Source: an uncultured virus (IMG/VR IMGVR_UViG_3300010347_001950) (lineage: Duplodnaviria > Heunggongvirae > Uroviricota > Caudoviricetes). Taken from it: a stretch of 64,000 nt of DNA. The first letter of the stretch is position 1. Each line of letters opens with the position of its first letter. A model generated the notes under the pieces. The model was not told the DNA's origin and did no database searches. It saw only the letters and a program-made list of their open reading frames with translations. Made by a program: the position numbers and the translations under genes. This document shows, piece after piece, positions 9,882 to 21,700 of this stretch. The stretch is taken from IMG/VR virus record IMGVR_UViG_3300010347_001950, one strand, 5' to 3'.

Positions 9882-10509
9882 AGAATCGCAAGACATGGGG
9901 TCTTTGTTTGGATTAACTGGCCCAATACCTACGGCACAACAGCCGTTAATGCCGGCATATCCGCAAACTATGCAACAGATGAGTAGCGGAAACCCGACCG
10001 CAAAATCTAAACCGCCTATTTATAAGCCGTTAGATTCGATGGCGGATATATTATATGATGCAGAAGCAGAGCAGATGATAGAAGACGATCCAAACCTAAG
10101 CTCAGACGAGTTGGCAATGCGTATATGGATAGCGTATGGCGGCAGAGAAGATGGCAATGTCATTCCTGGGAGAATTGGGGAGCGCATTGAACAAGACATG
10201 TACAATGTTCAAGAAGCAGAAAAAGAAAGAAAAATCACAGAACATTCACGATGGAAACGATTACCAAAAGGAAAATATATAATCGATTTATTTAAATTAG
10301 ACGAATTGGCAAAAGTAATAAAGGGTCTTATATACGGGCACATCAAAGAAACAAAACAGCAAGCGCCAGCCGGTGGTATGGGCGGAGGTATGTCAATGCC
10401 TATAGCTTCTGGTTTAAGCAAATGGGTAAAACTATCTTATATAGCAGATTGTATTCGTCCATCTCTTGGTGAAGAGTTTGATAAATCACTAACAAAAACC
10501 GCAAGATGA
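9859..10509 (+). CDS. Hypothetical protein (possible head/internal protein)
   Basis: Same frame as ORF 9823. GTG 9859 follows GGGGAAG and gives MTPRAFVKESQ. The protein has Pro/Gln/Gly/Met-rich linkers. Confidence 0.6.
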   Translation: MTPRAFVKESQDMGSLFGLTGPIPTAQQPLMPAYPQTMQQMSSGNPTAKSKPPIYKPLDSMADILYDAEAEQMIEDDPNLSSDELAMRIWIAYGGREDGNVIPGRIGERIEQDMYNVQEAEKERKITEHSRWKRLPKGKYIIDLFKLDELAKVIKGLIYGHIKETKQQAPAGGMGGGMSMPIASGLSKWVKLSYIADCIRPSLGEEFDKSLTKTAR

Positions 10510-10517
10510 GGTGAGGC

Positions 10518-11495
10518 GTGAATTTCCCAGGCGCATTGCACGGTATTGAACCAGCCACCGGCTTATTAGTGCGTGGCATTAATATTAATGGCAAATATTT
10601 ACTTGTAGATTCTTGCAGTGTTATGCCAACCCAAGAAACTAAAATGGAATGGTATTTGCAGGGTGGGCCGCGAGCTTCTATAGCAGATATTAATACAAGA
10701 GAAATAAAGGGCAATATTGAATTTCCGCTAAGAGTATTGTCTGACGGATCATTGGAAGATGGTGCGATCGAAATATTAGTAAACGCGGAAAATCCAAATA
10801 GAGCACTAAAAATTGATACGAATCATACATTACTAACTACAAGGATAGTTGCAGATTGTGGGGGTACAGACAACAATGAATTGTTAACTCTTGATTGCCT
10901 TGTTATTGAGAATTTGAGTATTACAGCAGCGCCGCAACAAGGCATTAAGGTCAGTGCCACCGTTACTGGGACATTAACAAGTAGACATTCTGCAGATTAT
11001 ATAGCCCCATCAAGCGATAAAATAATTGGCAGACAATTATCGTTCCAGGATTGTAACGCTGGCAGATTACAATCATCCATGATAAATGTAGATGAAATAT
11101 CTATATCTATAACCAACCAGGTTAATAAGACAAAGTTTTTTGTCCCATATCCTTATGGTACAGAATCTAGATTTGATATGCCGCAATTTGTAATGACATA
11201 TAATCATTTGTGGGGCGGATATTTTCAAGAAGTATTGAGGCGCGGAATTGAATATGAAAACTATATACACGGTGGTATAATGCAGGGCGAAAATCTATCT
11301 ATTGAATTTGGCCCGCTGGTTGCTACCGTACAAGTTCCTGTATTTAAAATTTCAGAGCAGCCATATAATCATGAATTGCTAAAACGCAAAACGGAATTTT
11401 ATAGCCAGAATTATCCTAGTTATACAGATCTTGCAGCAGGTAAATTATTTAATCTTGCAGTAAATACTAATAATTGTCATGTGCAAGCACAATAG
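10518..11495 (+). CDS. Tail tube-like structural protein
   Basis: Beta-rich tube-like pattern (REIKGNIEFPLRV, VIENLSITA, VDEISISITNQV) with a GAGGTGAGG RBS. Confidence 0.5.
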   Translation: MNFPGALHGIEPATGLLVRGININGKYLLVDSCSVMPTQETKMEWYLQGGPRASIADINTREIKGNIEFPLRVLSDGSLEDGAIEILVNAENPNRALKIDTNHTLLTTRIVADCGGTDNNELLTLDCLVIENLSITAAPQQGIKVSATVTGTLTSRHSADYIAPSSDKIIGRQLSFQDCNAGRLQSSMINVDEISISITNQVNKTKFFVPYPYGTESRFDMPQFVMTYNHLWGGYFQEVLRRGIEYENYIHGGIMQGENLSIEFGPLVATVQVPVFKISEQPYNHELLKRKTEFYSQNYPSYTDLAAGKLFNLAVNTNNCHVQAQ

Positions 11496-11506
11496 GAGAT
11501 ATTTAA

Positions 11507-12631
11507 ATGCCAATAAGAAATGAATTTGTAGGGCAATATAATTATATTCAGATTAAATCAGGGAACGCTTGGAAAACGATATTAGCCAGTTCTGTCAGCA
11601 AACCAAGAACCATGGAAGCAAAGGCTAATTTCAATTTATTACAGGGTACAAACGAACCTAGAATTATGGATATAAGCGAAATCAATGAAACATTTACAAT
11701 AAGCTCTCCAATTTTAATTGGAAGTGCCAGCGCGATTGATGGAAGAAAATTAATTTCAAACGAAATCGAAAATGTATTATATAGACATGGCAGTATACTT
11801 CCGGTGTTAACAAATGCCAATGTTAATATTAGAGAAAACGAAGCCACCGTAAGTATGACGCTTATGAGTGATGGTAGTCCTGAAGCTGGGCAAAACTTCA
11901 ATATTAACGCAAGCACAAATCCACCAAGCGAGTTGAATCCATTATTACCAGGCAATGTGCCATCTAGGACAGCAAAGTGGTATGATTTTAGAGTGAGATT
12001 TGGACCGTTTGTGTTTTATATTTACGAGGCATCTCTTACATTTACTACACAAACTGAAAAAAGAAATTTTGTAGGTGCTTATCTGCCAAATAATTCTGCG
12101 CCGATTAATAGTACATATAATCTTGGTACACAATATCCATGGATAGCCGTTAGGGGATTGTCGCTTACTGGGTCTGGGAAAGCTGCGGTATTATTATCTG
12201 ACGCAGATTGCAAAGGTGATATGATAGATGGTATAGAGAGATTTTTTAGGAATGCATCTTCTGAACCGCCAACTAAAGATTCTGACCTATTGACAAACAA
12301 CTATGCAGTAAACTGGAATCCTCCGTGGAATGATACGTATTCTGGAGATATAGCCGATGTGACACTGCAATGTCCTGGGTTTACAAGAACAACAGCGAAT
12401 TCAATTATATTTGAAGTGTATAATTCTGGTTCAAATTCGTGTACGTCTGGCGATTACGGTACATGGGAGCCTTTGTTTATGTCGGAATCTAACAACCCAT
12501 TATTTGATTTTAGCAAGGGGATTATTAATAAATCGACATTGGATATAAATAGCAGCCTAATCACAGTAGACTTTGATTTCATCTCATATATTGTCAAGCC
12601 AGAAGACGAATATTGTGCAAAGACATCTTAG
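11507..12631 (+). CDS. Tail tube-like structural protein, paralog of 10518
   Basis: LLQGTNEPRIMDISEINETFTISSPIL aligns with YLQGGPRASIADINTREIKGNIEFPLR of the preceding gene. AGGAG RBS. Confidence 0.5.
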   Translation: MPIRNEFVGQYNYIQIKSGNAWKTILASSVSKPRTMEAKANFNLLQGTNEPRIMDISEINETFTISSPILIGSASAIDGRKLISNEIENVLYRHGSILPVLTNANVNIRENEATVSMTLMSDGSPEAGQNFNINASTNPPSELNPLLPGNVPSRTAKWYDFRVRFGPFVFYIYEASLTFTTQTEKRNFVGAYLPNNSAPINSTYNLGTQYPWIAVRGLSLTGSGKAAVLLSDADCKGDMIDGIERFFRNASSEPPTKDSDLLTNNYAVNWNPPWNDTYSGDIADVTLQCPGFTRTTANSIIFEVYNSGSNSCTSGDYGTWEPLFMSESNNPLFDFSKGIINKSTLDINSSLITVDFDFISYIVKPEDEYCAKTS

Positions 12632-12643
12632 AAATATACACCA

Positions 12644-13066
12644 ATGTGGTATAGTAATTATAAATTAGCACAAACACAAATTTATATGGACCCAAAAGAA
12701 GTTAAAAAAGTATATGATAATTTTATTTCTCATAGCGGGAGTGGGCTGCCTCAATTTGTAAAAGACGTTGATGGCATAACGCGTTTGCTAGTTCATGGGT
12801 CTCAGGGGCAAGATGGTAAAATATATTTTTATATAGGAGAAAATTTTACATCTGGAGACGGTACTCAATACAATAATTATTTGCCACAAGACAAAATGGG
12901 CGAATGGATTACTTCGAAAGGGTTTTCTCCAGCCACGCGAATTATAGGATGTTATTCTGCTCTTGCATCCAATAATATTACTCCAGAAACAAGTAGAGCA
13001 ACTGGTAAATTAGAAATAGGCGTCCCCGAGGGAGCGGACAGTAATTTTATTACTATATATGATTAA
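12644..13066 (+). CDS. Hypothetical protein with MWYSNYKLAQ leader
   Basis: 140-aa ORF ending at a palindromic terminator. Confidence 0.65.
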   Translation: MWYSNYKLAQTQIYMDPKEVKKVYDNFISHSGSGLPQFVKDVDGITRLLVHGSQGQDGKIYFYIGENFTSGDGTQYNNYLPQDKMGEWITSKGFSPATRIIGCYSALASNNITPETSRATGKLEIGVPEGADSNFITIYD

Positions 13067-13096
13067 AAATGCCCCATTTAATGGGGCATTTTTAAT
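13062..13096. terminator. Bidirectional terminator between convergent genes
   Basis: ATTAAAAATGCCCCATT-T-AATGGGGCATTTTTAAT, a perfect 17-bp IR between a + and a - gene. Confidence 0.85.
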
Positions 13097-13114
13097 GTAG
13101 TTTAATTGAACGAT

Positions 13115-14029
13115 TCACACATCTAGGTCGGCGTCAGGATCGTCGTCTAAATTCAAATCAATGCTTTCTGCTATATCTGTATCTTCATCTAATAAATCCA
13201 TTGTATCATAACCAGCAATCCTGTTATCTCTGTTAAGGTTTGTCATACCAGTTGTAAATGCCGATACATTGCCGTTTCTATCTGCGGTAGCGTATGTAGC
13301 CCTAGATCTTTTTTCTCCTCCAGATGTAGATTCTGCATCGACATTGCTTCCAAAAGCCAACTGATTTAATAAATTAATATCATCACCTATTTGTTCTCTG
13401 AACTCTTGTGGGTCAAGACTTCTGCCTTGTTTTTGTGCTGCAGCAGCAGCCTTGGCATAAGCCATAGCATATGTCATTGGGTCATTGATATGACCAGCGG
13501 TAGTAGATTCTTCTGTTTTTGTAGCAGCAGAATTAATATTTACAACTTCTGCCGCAAATTGTTGACCATCTTTTGTTTTTACAACCCGCTGCTTGTTTTG
13601 CCTGCGTCGTTGTTCTTGGATTATCTTTTGTTTTTGCTTTTCTATTTCTCTTGATTGTATCCTGTCTGCTTCTTCTGTGGTTACTCTTCTTAATATACCA
13701 CTTTGAAGTGACTTTTTAAGATCTCTGCTTCCCAATATAACATCTTTGTCTTCATAGGTTAGGTCAATTATTTCAAACGGCTCAAATTGTAATTTGATAT
13801 CAGATATATAGTGCAGCCCAGGAGTTACGTTTTGAACAATAAAGCTTTCTCTTTGGTTTTCTGGAATTGGCATTTTTGGCATTGTTTGCGGTTGTACATA
13901 GTCTTCGGCTACTTCCATTTGCGATACATTATCAACATTTTGAGGCTCTGATTGTTTTGAACGTGCGCGAGGCTTTGGGGGTATATTTTTGTCCATTTTA
14001 ATATCTCCTTTTATTTTTTTATGAGACAT
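13115..14029 (-). CDS. Hypothetical protein
   Basis: 304-aa ORF with a coiled-coil and an acidic tail. The likely start is MDKNIPP, after AAGGAG. Confidence 0.75.
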   Translation of the reverse strand: MSHKKIKGDIKMDKNIPPKPRARSKQSEPQNVDNVSQMEVAEDYVQPQTMPKMPIPENQRESFIVQNVTPGLHYISDIKLQFEPFEIIDLTYEDKDVILGSRDLKKSLQSGILRRVTTEEADRIQSREIEKQKQKIIQEQRRRQNKQRVVKTKDGQQFAAEVVNINSAATKTEESTTAGHINDPMTYAMAYAKAAAAAQKQGRSLDPQEFREQIGDDINLLNQLAFGSNVDAESTSGGEKRSRATYATADRNGNVSAFTTGMTNLNRDNRIAGYDTMDLLDEDTDIAESIDLNLDDDPDADLDV

Positions 14030-14070
14030 TCTATACTTATAGATATATTGTAATGATTCCTTGTATATTG

Positions 14071-14430
14071 TTATTTTGTTATGCCATCAATTGGATAATC
14101 AGTCCATAATTCATTACTGTCATGCGCCAATGTTCCAGGCGGGTTTTCTTTTTGTCTTTTACGCCTTTCCTCTCTTAAATATTTGCTTGTTTCGACACGC
14201 TGTTTGCTCGCACCAAATTCTTTTTCAGACAATGTCATCCCGAAAATAAATCCAGACGAATTAAATACTCTACGATCTGTTGTTTCGCCACACCTAGGGC
14301 ATGTAGCATGAGAAGTATCACTAAATTCTTTTTTATTATTGTCCTTGTATGCAGGAATATAGATATCAAATTTGTATGGTTCCCCGCATTGATCTATACA
14401 GCTTTTGCACTTAAATGTATAAATAGGCAT
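14071..14430 (-). CDS. FmdB-family zinc-ribbon protein
   Basis: MPIYTFKCKSC...F......CPRCG.....RVF is the FmdB signature. Confidence 0.75.
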   Translation of the reverse strand: MPIYTFKCKSCIDQCGEPYKFDIYIPAYKDNNKKEFSDTSHATCPRCGETTDRRVFNSSGFIFGMTLSEKEFGASKQRVETSKYLREERRKRQKENPPGTLAHDSNELWTDYPIDGITK

Positions 14431-14543
14431 ATTTTAAATTCTCCCAATTAATATTATACATTAAATATTCTATCTACAATGTATTGGACAATATTATTTT
14501 AATATACTGTATTATGCGAAGAAACAATTTGTGTGGTAACGCT

Positions 14544-14724
14544 AGAAAATCCAATGATTGTCGTGGCGATGAATGGCGTTTGTACCAAATATCATCTTCT
14601 TCAAAATATTTTAAAATAGTTCAAAGCTTAGAAGCATTAGCCAAGAGAATGAACTCAATACTATAGAAAGATAGCGGCTCAAGTTGAAATCGGAAGCTTT
14701 TAGGATTGTAACGGATGCAATTCA
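14544..14724 (+). mobile_element. Miniature non-autonomous IS200/IS605 derivative (left end plus right end)
   Basis: Starts AGAAAATCCAATGATTGTCGTGGCGATGAATGGCG, like 868-904, 31140 and 53822. Segment 14661-14724 matches 3081-3144 at 50/64 nt without gaps. Confidence 0.7.
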
Positions 14725-14858
14725 TTGTGGGTATGGTAGCTTGTTATTATCTTTCCCAGAGGAGTACCAACCATTCATTTGTGTGTCGGGTTGATGGTTG
14801 GTACTATAAATAGTATATACAATAGGTATTTGTTTATTCCGTCAATAAATAATGAATT

Positions 14859-15131
14859 ATGAATGTTATATATATAGAACAAACGGAGCATCTAGATATC
14901 CATTATGATGTTGTGTTGGTTAATGCAGCCGGCGGGGATATAGATATTTATTTGCCAAATGGATATACAAATAAGTATTTTATTATAAAAAAACTTGATA
15001 ATACCACCAATGATATAGTTGTTATTCCGCAAACAAATATACAAATTGAGTTTGCTGCCAAATATGTGATTAATACATATTTGTCATCAATTAAAATTGT
15101 ATATAATGGCGTAAAATGGTTTTGTGTGTAA
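14859..15131 (+). CDS. Small tail-fibre-associated domain protein
   Basis: VVLVNAAGGDIDIYLP...IIKKLD...IVYNGVKWF resembles a module common in phage fibre proteins. Confidence 0.55.
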   Translation: MNVIYIEQTEHLDIHYDVVLVNAAGGDIDIYLPNGYTNKYFIIKKLDNTTNDIVVIPQTNIQIEFAAKYVINTYLSSIKIVYNGVKWFCV

Positions 15132-15405
15132 AATATATATTATTAATGCAATTGGAAGACGCGTGACAAGCCACGCGGAAATTCGTAAATAAAATGATCT
15201 GGAAATCAAAAGTTTGATGTTGTGAAGAAAGAGCCGCTAAGATTTCTGTGATACAAGAATGGATTTTACAAATTAATATAAAAGTATGATAATGCAGAAA
15301 CGGCAAAATATAATTTGTATAACTGCTTGTGGGTTATTATTTCTAATGTTGTTTCTGCAAGTTTGATTAATAGGTAATAATCTGTTTTATTTTTAGAAGT
15401 AAATA

Positions 15406-15738
15406 ATGAAAATTAATAAATTATATGAACCAAGAATATATCCAAGCAATGAACAAATCGCGTTGCCAAAACAATGTGTAAAAAATACACATTCCATATG
15501 CAATTTGCTATTGAATTTACAACAAGATTATTCCGAGGACAATAAAGAATATTTATCTGATTTTGATTTGAATTATTTTATTCATGTTATTAAAAAACGT
15601 GGATACTTTCGATTCAGAAACAATCAATTTTCTCAACTGTTATTCGGCAAAGTGCGAAAAGAACAATTGGGCGTGAGCCATCGTGGATTATGGCGCAGAG
15701 AGCCATCGAAAATATTAGAAAGCGCCTATGTTATTTAA
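15406..15738 (+). pseudogene. tnpB: tnpB N-terminal (HTH) remnant
   Basis: MKINKLYEPRIYPSNEQIAL...ICNLLLNLQQDYSEDNKEYLS is a degenerate IS605 OrfB N-terminus. No RuvC part follows. Confidence 0.65.
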
Positions 15739-15764
15739 TGTAAGACACCATAGGAATTTGGTTT

Positions 15765-18700
15765 ATGGCTAAACGCACACCAATATATTCTTATTATACC
15801 ATGGAATACGGAGATTATTGGTGGCCACGCACCGATAGGCAAAATATGCTCACCGTTGAAAATCAGTTGTATGGTCAATATAAGTTTGTTGGACCTGGCA
15901 TATATACTGGGTGGAATATTATAAAGATGCCTATTTTACCGGATATTTTGCCGCCAGTATTAACGGAGGCATACGAGTCCACTATTGCAGAAAGAACGTT
16001 ATTAAGAGATGCCCCTCTTGGATCAAATTTAAACTATCAATATACAAAAATAGGTAGCCCATCTGTATTTGGTAATGAAGATATATGGTCGCAGATAGTT
16101 AAAGTAACCCCAGGCAGCGGAATTGTGGGTGTATATGCAGCAAAAACTGAAGAACCATATTATTTCAGATTACAAAACGAAGGCGAATATGATGTTTATG
16201 CCACGCCTGGGCTGTGTTTGTTAACGCAAGGAATTGCTGAGATTGTTATACCGGACCCACCTCAAGAAAATTATGCGCAGACACATGTTGCAACCTATCT
16301 TGGGTGTGTTGTGGTGGTTGGCGGTGTTATTAGCCCGTCAAGTTCTGTATTAATGTATGCGTCGGCTGGCAATAATTATTTTGAAACTAATATTAATTAT
16401 GATTTATATAGAAATGATTTAATTATTCCGGTTGGTTATAGTTCACAATCTAAGTATATTAGTTATGACCAGTCGTCTTCTCCATATTATGTTAACACTC
16501 CATATGATATTGATATTCCAAATGTTGGTAGTGGTGGTACATCGTTTGAAATTAAAAGAAATGCGCGCATTTATGATATAAATTGTTACGACCAAAGAAT
16601 AGAATTAAATGATTTATCTGGACAATTACAACAAGTTTTAAAATTGTCTTTATATAGGCATGTTCATATTGGTGGATACAATAACCCAAGCAAAATACAA
16701 TTGAGCACTGACCTTATATTAAATGCATATGGCCCTACAAACACGAACGGAAGTCCTATTTTCCAGATATATGATTATAATGGCAATGTATTTACTTGGA
16801 AAGAATCTGAATATGGTATACCGGTTGTTAGATTAAATGGCAACATTATACCAAGCACAGAGTATAGAATTGAATCGCGCACTGGAAGAATTTATCTAAA
16901 AAACAGCCTGCCCAGCGGGTCTGTATTACAGGTCGTATTGCCCTTGGCTATGCAAGTTAGGTTGACTATAGCCAAAGATTCTAATATTACATCGTCGCGA
17001 ATTTATTTAACAGGAATTTTCCCCGATATAAGTTATGGCAATACGAATGCCCAAGGGCACGTTAGCTGGAATGCAAATATGTTTAAGCCACCGCAGGTAT
17101 ATTTGAGAGGCGTGTTACAACCATCGTCCAGATATACCATTAATGCATCTCAAGGGTACATACAGTTTGTGGGCGGCGTACCTTCGGAGTTAACAAATCC
17201 CAGAGATAGTGATTTGTTGGTGGTTCTCACTGTATTAAAATATGAAATTGATGGTATTCTTTCTGGGAAACGAATAAAAAACATAGATGCTGCTACTTTT
17301 AATCGAGGGGTATTGTCTCCGCTGAGAATCGGTAATCTTGACCATGTTGGGCAGGTATATTTCAAAGAGCCAGCGACGCTTCGACCGAATATTAGATTGT
17401 TTGATTCTGGTGATCATAATAATTATTATCCAGAAATAATTAATTGCCCAGTGCAATACAATACTGATATTTTGGGTTTTTATAAATCCTCTATATTATC
17501 AGACAACAATGTAGTAATACTTACTAAGCGCGGACTCAAAATTACAGATTCTGGATTTACTGATATATATGATTTTGGTGGATGGAATATAGATTTTGGT
17601 AAGCCTGTTCAGGTGATGGATAATATATTAAATGCTCCTCCGTATACTAATTATTTTAATCAGATTTATGCAAGAACGTTATTGGCTGATGCTGATGGGG
17701 TTCCTGTGTCTGGCAGGGTATTTTTCTCAGACAATAATGGTGCAACATGGAACGAATTGGTATTGCCAACCGTGGCAACAAGCCGTGGAAAAATTAGAGT
17801 TATACCAACATCGTTTTGGGTATCAACAGAGCGTCAGTCATACAAGGTTGGCAGAATTACATACTATAGATGGTTATATTATTTATATATTGGCACATAT
17901 AAATATGGATTGTTTAGGGCGGTAGTTAGAGATGGGCAAAAGCAGGGCGACTGGTCGTGGCAGCGTATTAATTTCCAGAATTCTGGTGGAAATCCAACTA
18001 CTATTTATGACATTGTAGAAGTATGTACATTGAGAACAACCCAAAACGAAGACGATATTACAGAAGAATACGAACGCTCTGTTTATTTGGCTGCAGATGA
18101 TGGGTTTTATGCCGCAATAAAAAGTCAAAATTATTTGAAAAGTCCTGTTAGTTGGTTGCCCAAAAAAATACACTGGATAAAAGAAGGTTTAAATAATAAT
18201 AATATTATTATTAGTACAGATTCGGATGTGTATATAACACATTCTGCCAGACAAATTATAACCTCTGCAGATAACCCTGACGGTACTACCACAACAACTA
18301 CTTATTGGAAGCATCCGCTTGAAACCACCGGTCCGTTTATGTTCCAACATAATTATTTGAATCTGCCGATTGTTGCCAGTACTACCAGTGAAGATGATAT
18401 CCAATATGTTGATTTTACAAATTCTAATATACTTATTACTACTGATGGTTCTATTTTAGACGGAGTATCTCTTGGGATAGGAGATACAGTGCTTATTAAA
18501 AATTTCACAGGAGTGAATACGTCATCGTATTATAACGGACTGTGGAATTATTTAGGCAACTTTGATAATAATTATTCTTGGTGGAGCAGAGATAGTGCAA
18601 TAGATAGTACGTTAGAGGCTACAACATCTAGATGGATGCAAGTTTGTGGTGGAGAAAAAGGCAGCGGTTCTGCTTGGAACTATATACCGATCAGCGGAAC

Positions 18701-21700
18701 AATAAACAATTCTGAATTTATTTTTGAAGATTTGTGGACCCGCGGTTTTAGTACTAGTCTACCAGAAATGATAGTTAATATAGACCAGTTGTCAGATGGT
18801 ATACAATATTGGGTCATGACATCGTGTGGCTTGTATAGAATTTTGGATACCAAATCATACTATGATTGGAATTATCCAATTTTTTATAAGACACAATGGA
18901 ATTATAATATACAAAAATACCCGAAGTGTATTATTCCAGATACCAACAAAATTGGTACTTATGTTGCTGGTTCTGAAAGAGGTATATGGAAAACAAATAG
19001 TTTTGGTATGGAAGATTGGTATAGAAATATTAATATTTTTGATGTTTCTGATATAGACACAACCCAGAATCCAACAATATATAATTCAAAAACCTTAACC
19101 ACAGAGTATAAAAATAATTATATTTTAAACCAAAATGCACAATCTGTTAGATTTTTGTCTACTCAGCCAATAAATAGTGCATTTGTAATGGAAAAAGATT
19201 ATAAAAATTATTATCTAAGCTCATGGAACCCAGATGGCGCTAATGTTGTTATTTATGAAAACGGGAACGTGTCACATTCTTCTTATATTTTAGATCCGCT
19301 GAATGGGATTATTTCATTTGATCGTCAGAGACCAAATAATACCAAGGTTGCGGCTACAATTATTAGAGATGGTGCGTTTATTAGTGGGATTGGTACCATA
19401 CCACACGAGGAAATATTAAACACATTTGTTACTAGTGGAAATCCTGTCACGAAATTACGAACCCAGCTAACTCCATCAGACAGGACAATAGACGTGCAGG
19501 ATATTAGTTGTATTCCTTATGATACTCAATATATCGAAGTGGTATATCGTGGCAATAAGGAACGAATACCTGTAGTAATTTCTAATGGTGTGATTTTTAT
19601 ACCAACAATACGAACTACAACATTTATATTCCCTGTTAATTCTGATGTGTTTGTTTCGAAAATAGTAAATGTCAAGGGAATAGAAGATTATCTCAGCATT
19701 GCTGAACACAACAACACATATCATATGGCATCTATTACCGGAGACAATATTATTCAGCTTTCTATAGAATCAAAATATCAATACCCAGAAATATGGAATA
19801 ATTTTTATGGTATACAATCATCTACAAATGTTAATCGTGGTCCAATAAATGCTATTTATCAGGATTTAAATATAGATGGGTTTGACACCGTTGCTTCTTC
19901 GTCAACAATTGATGTCTCTGTTGTACCGACGCATGAAGATCGGGCTGTGTCACCACAAGCGATTTATTGTATGTATGGTGTTTCTTTGTCTGGCGATGGC
20001 ATGTATGTTGGTAGCGACCAGGGCATATGGAAATATAACGAAAATAAGTGGCATAAAGAATCAGATCTTAATAATACATCTAGAATATATTCAATTCTGA
20101 ATATCGATAATAATTTGTCCGCGCTTACAGACAATGGCGTGTGGTCAAGGGATGCTTCTGGCAAGTGGAATCAAAGTGGTATTTATATTCAACCTACGTT
20201 TGATTATAGCTCCGGAAGTTGGTTTGATGGTAATTATAAAGCATATGGTAAAAACGATGGTTTGGTGTTTATAAAAACCGGAAGTAATATTGACGGATTT
20301 ATTTCTGATCATTTCGACCCTGTAGATGGCAAAAATGTATATGGATTGTACAAAGATCAATTTTTCAGAGTCGATAGTCAGGGAAACAAAAAGACGATAG
20401 ACGCTCTATACCTGTGTACTGAAAACGGGTTATATGGCGTTACAGAGGGGGCAAGGAGTGGACAGCTAACTGCATTTCTTGGCGGGAGAGAAATGTTTGG
20501 TTATAGCCAAACAATGAACATTAATGGCGTTAATATACCAGTTAAGTTTTACAAAATTACTAGATCCCCAAGGCAAAATGCAGTTCCGTTAATATGTTTA
20601 AGTAATGATGGGGTAAGAATTGTTAGAAATTGGCGGTGGTGCGACCCGACAGGAAGTGGTGACGATGCACTGGACTTTGTTGTAGAATCGAAATCTTTGT
20701 CTGGGCATTCGGTATATTGTTGTGTGTGGAAAATAGATCAGGTCGGCGATCAGACGGTTTATAAATTGTTTGTTGGTACAGACAGGGGTGTGTATAGATC
20801 GTTTAATGAGGGGTATTCGTTTGAACGATGTGAAAGAATTGGCGGCAACGATGTGGCTGTGTTTGATCTGAAATCAATCGGCGATTGTATATTTGCTGCC
20901 ACAAAAGACGGTATATTTACGTCATCTGATGATGGAGATTATTGGCATAAGCCATCTGATTCTAATTCCTGTGCTACATTTGATAGCAATATTAGTTCTG
21001 GAGAGTTTTTTGTTGTGCAGGATATATCGAGCCAAAGATGTTTCAAAGCACAAACGTTTACTACACCATCTGATATTTCTACCATTAACAAAATTGGTAT
21101 GTACTTTGGTGTTGATTCTGACATTGGTATGTCTGATATTCGCCGAACGAATACTCTAAATATTGAATTGTGGGACGCAGACAACGGTATACCTACTTCC
21201 CCATTGGCTGGTATTGGGACATTTGTGTATAGGGCGTCTGGAGAAATTAATGCAATTTTGTCAGATGATGCAGATATAAATTCTGAATTGCCACAACATA
21301 TTGTTGAGGTTGGCAACACAGATATTTTAACATGGGATAACGACCAATATCCGCAGGAAATGGTTCGTGTGTATTTGAGGGATGTTGTAAAAAACGATGG
21401 ATATATAATAGATAATAATAGTGGGACTATACAGTTTAATCCAAAATTGTCTGGGTATAATAATTCCGATCTAAGAATTGTTTTAAAATCTAATTTTGAT
21501 CCATATTTTGGATTTAAATCATTTTGTATTGATCCTCCAAATGATTTATTGCCGAACAAACAATATGCAATTGTGGCGTATGAAAATGTTGGTAGCGGAA
21601 GTACATATGCATTCCAGATTTTTCGTTCTAATCTAAGCAATCCATACAGCGGAGGAAATATTTGTTTTGGTATTGGTGGTACGTCTGATTATCCTTTGAT

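Noticed and set aside
20939..21640. 233-aa antisense ORF and the many other short minus-strand ORFs inside long genes
   Set aside because: These are shadow ORFs of + strand genes with no recognisable motifs.
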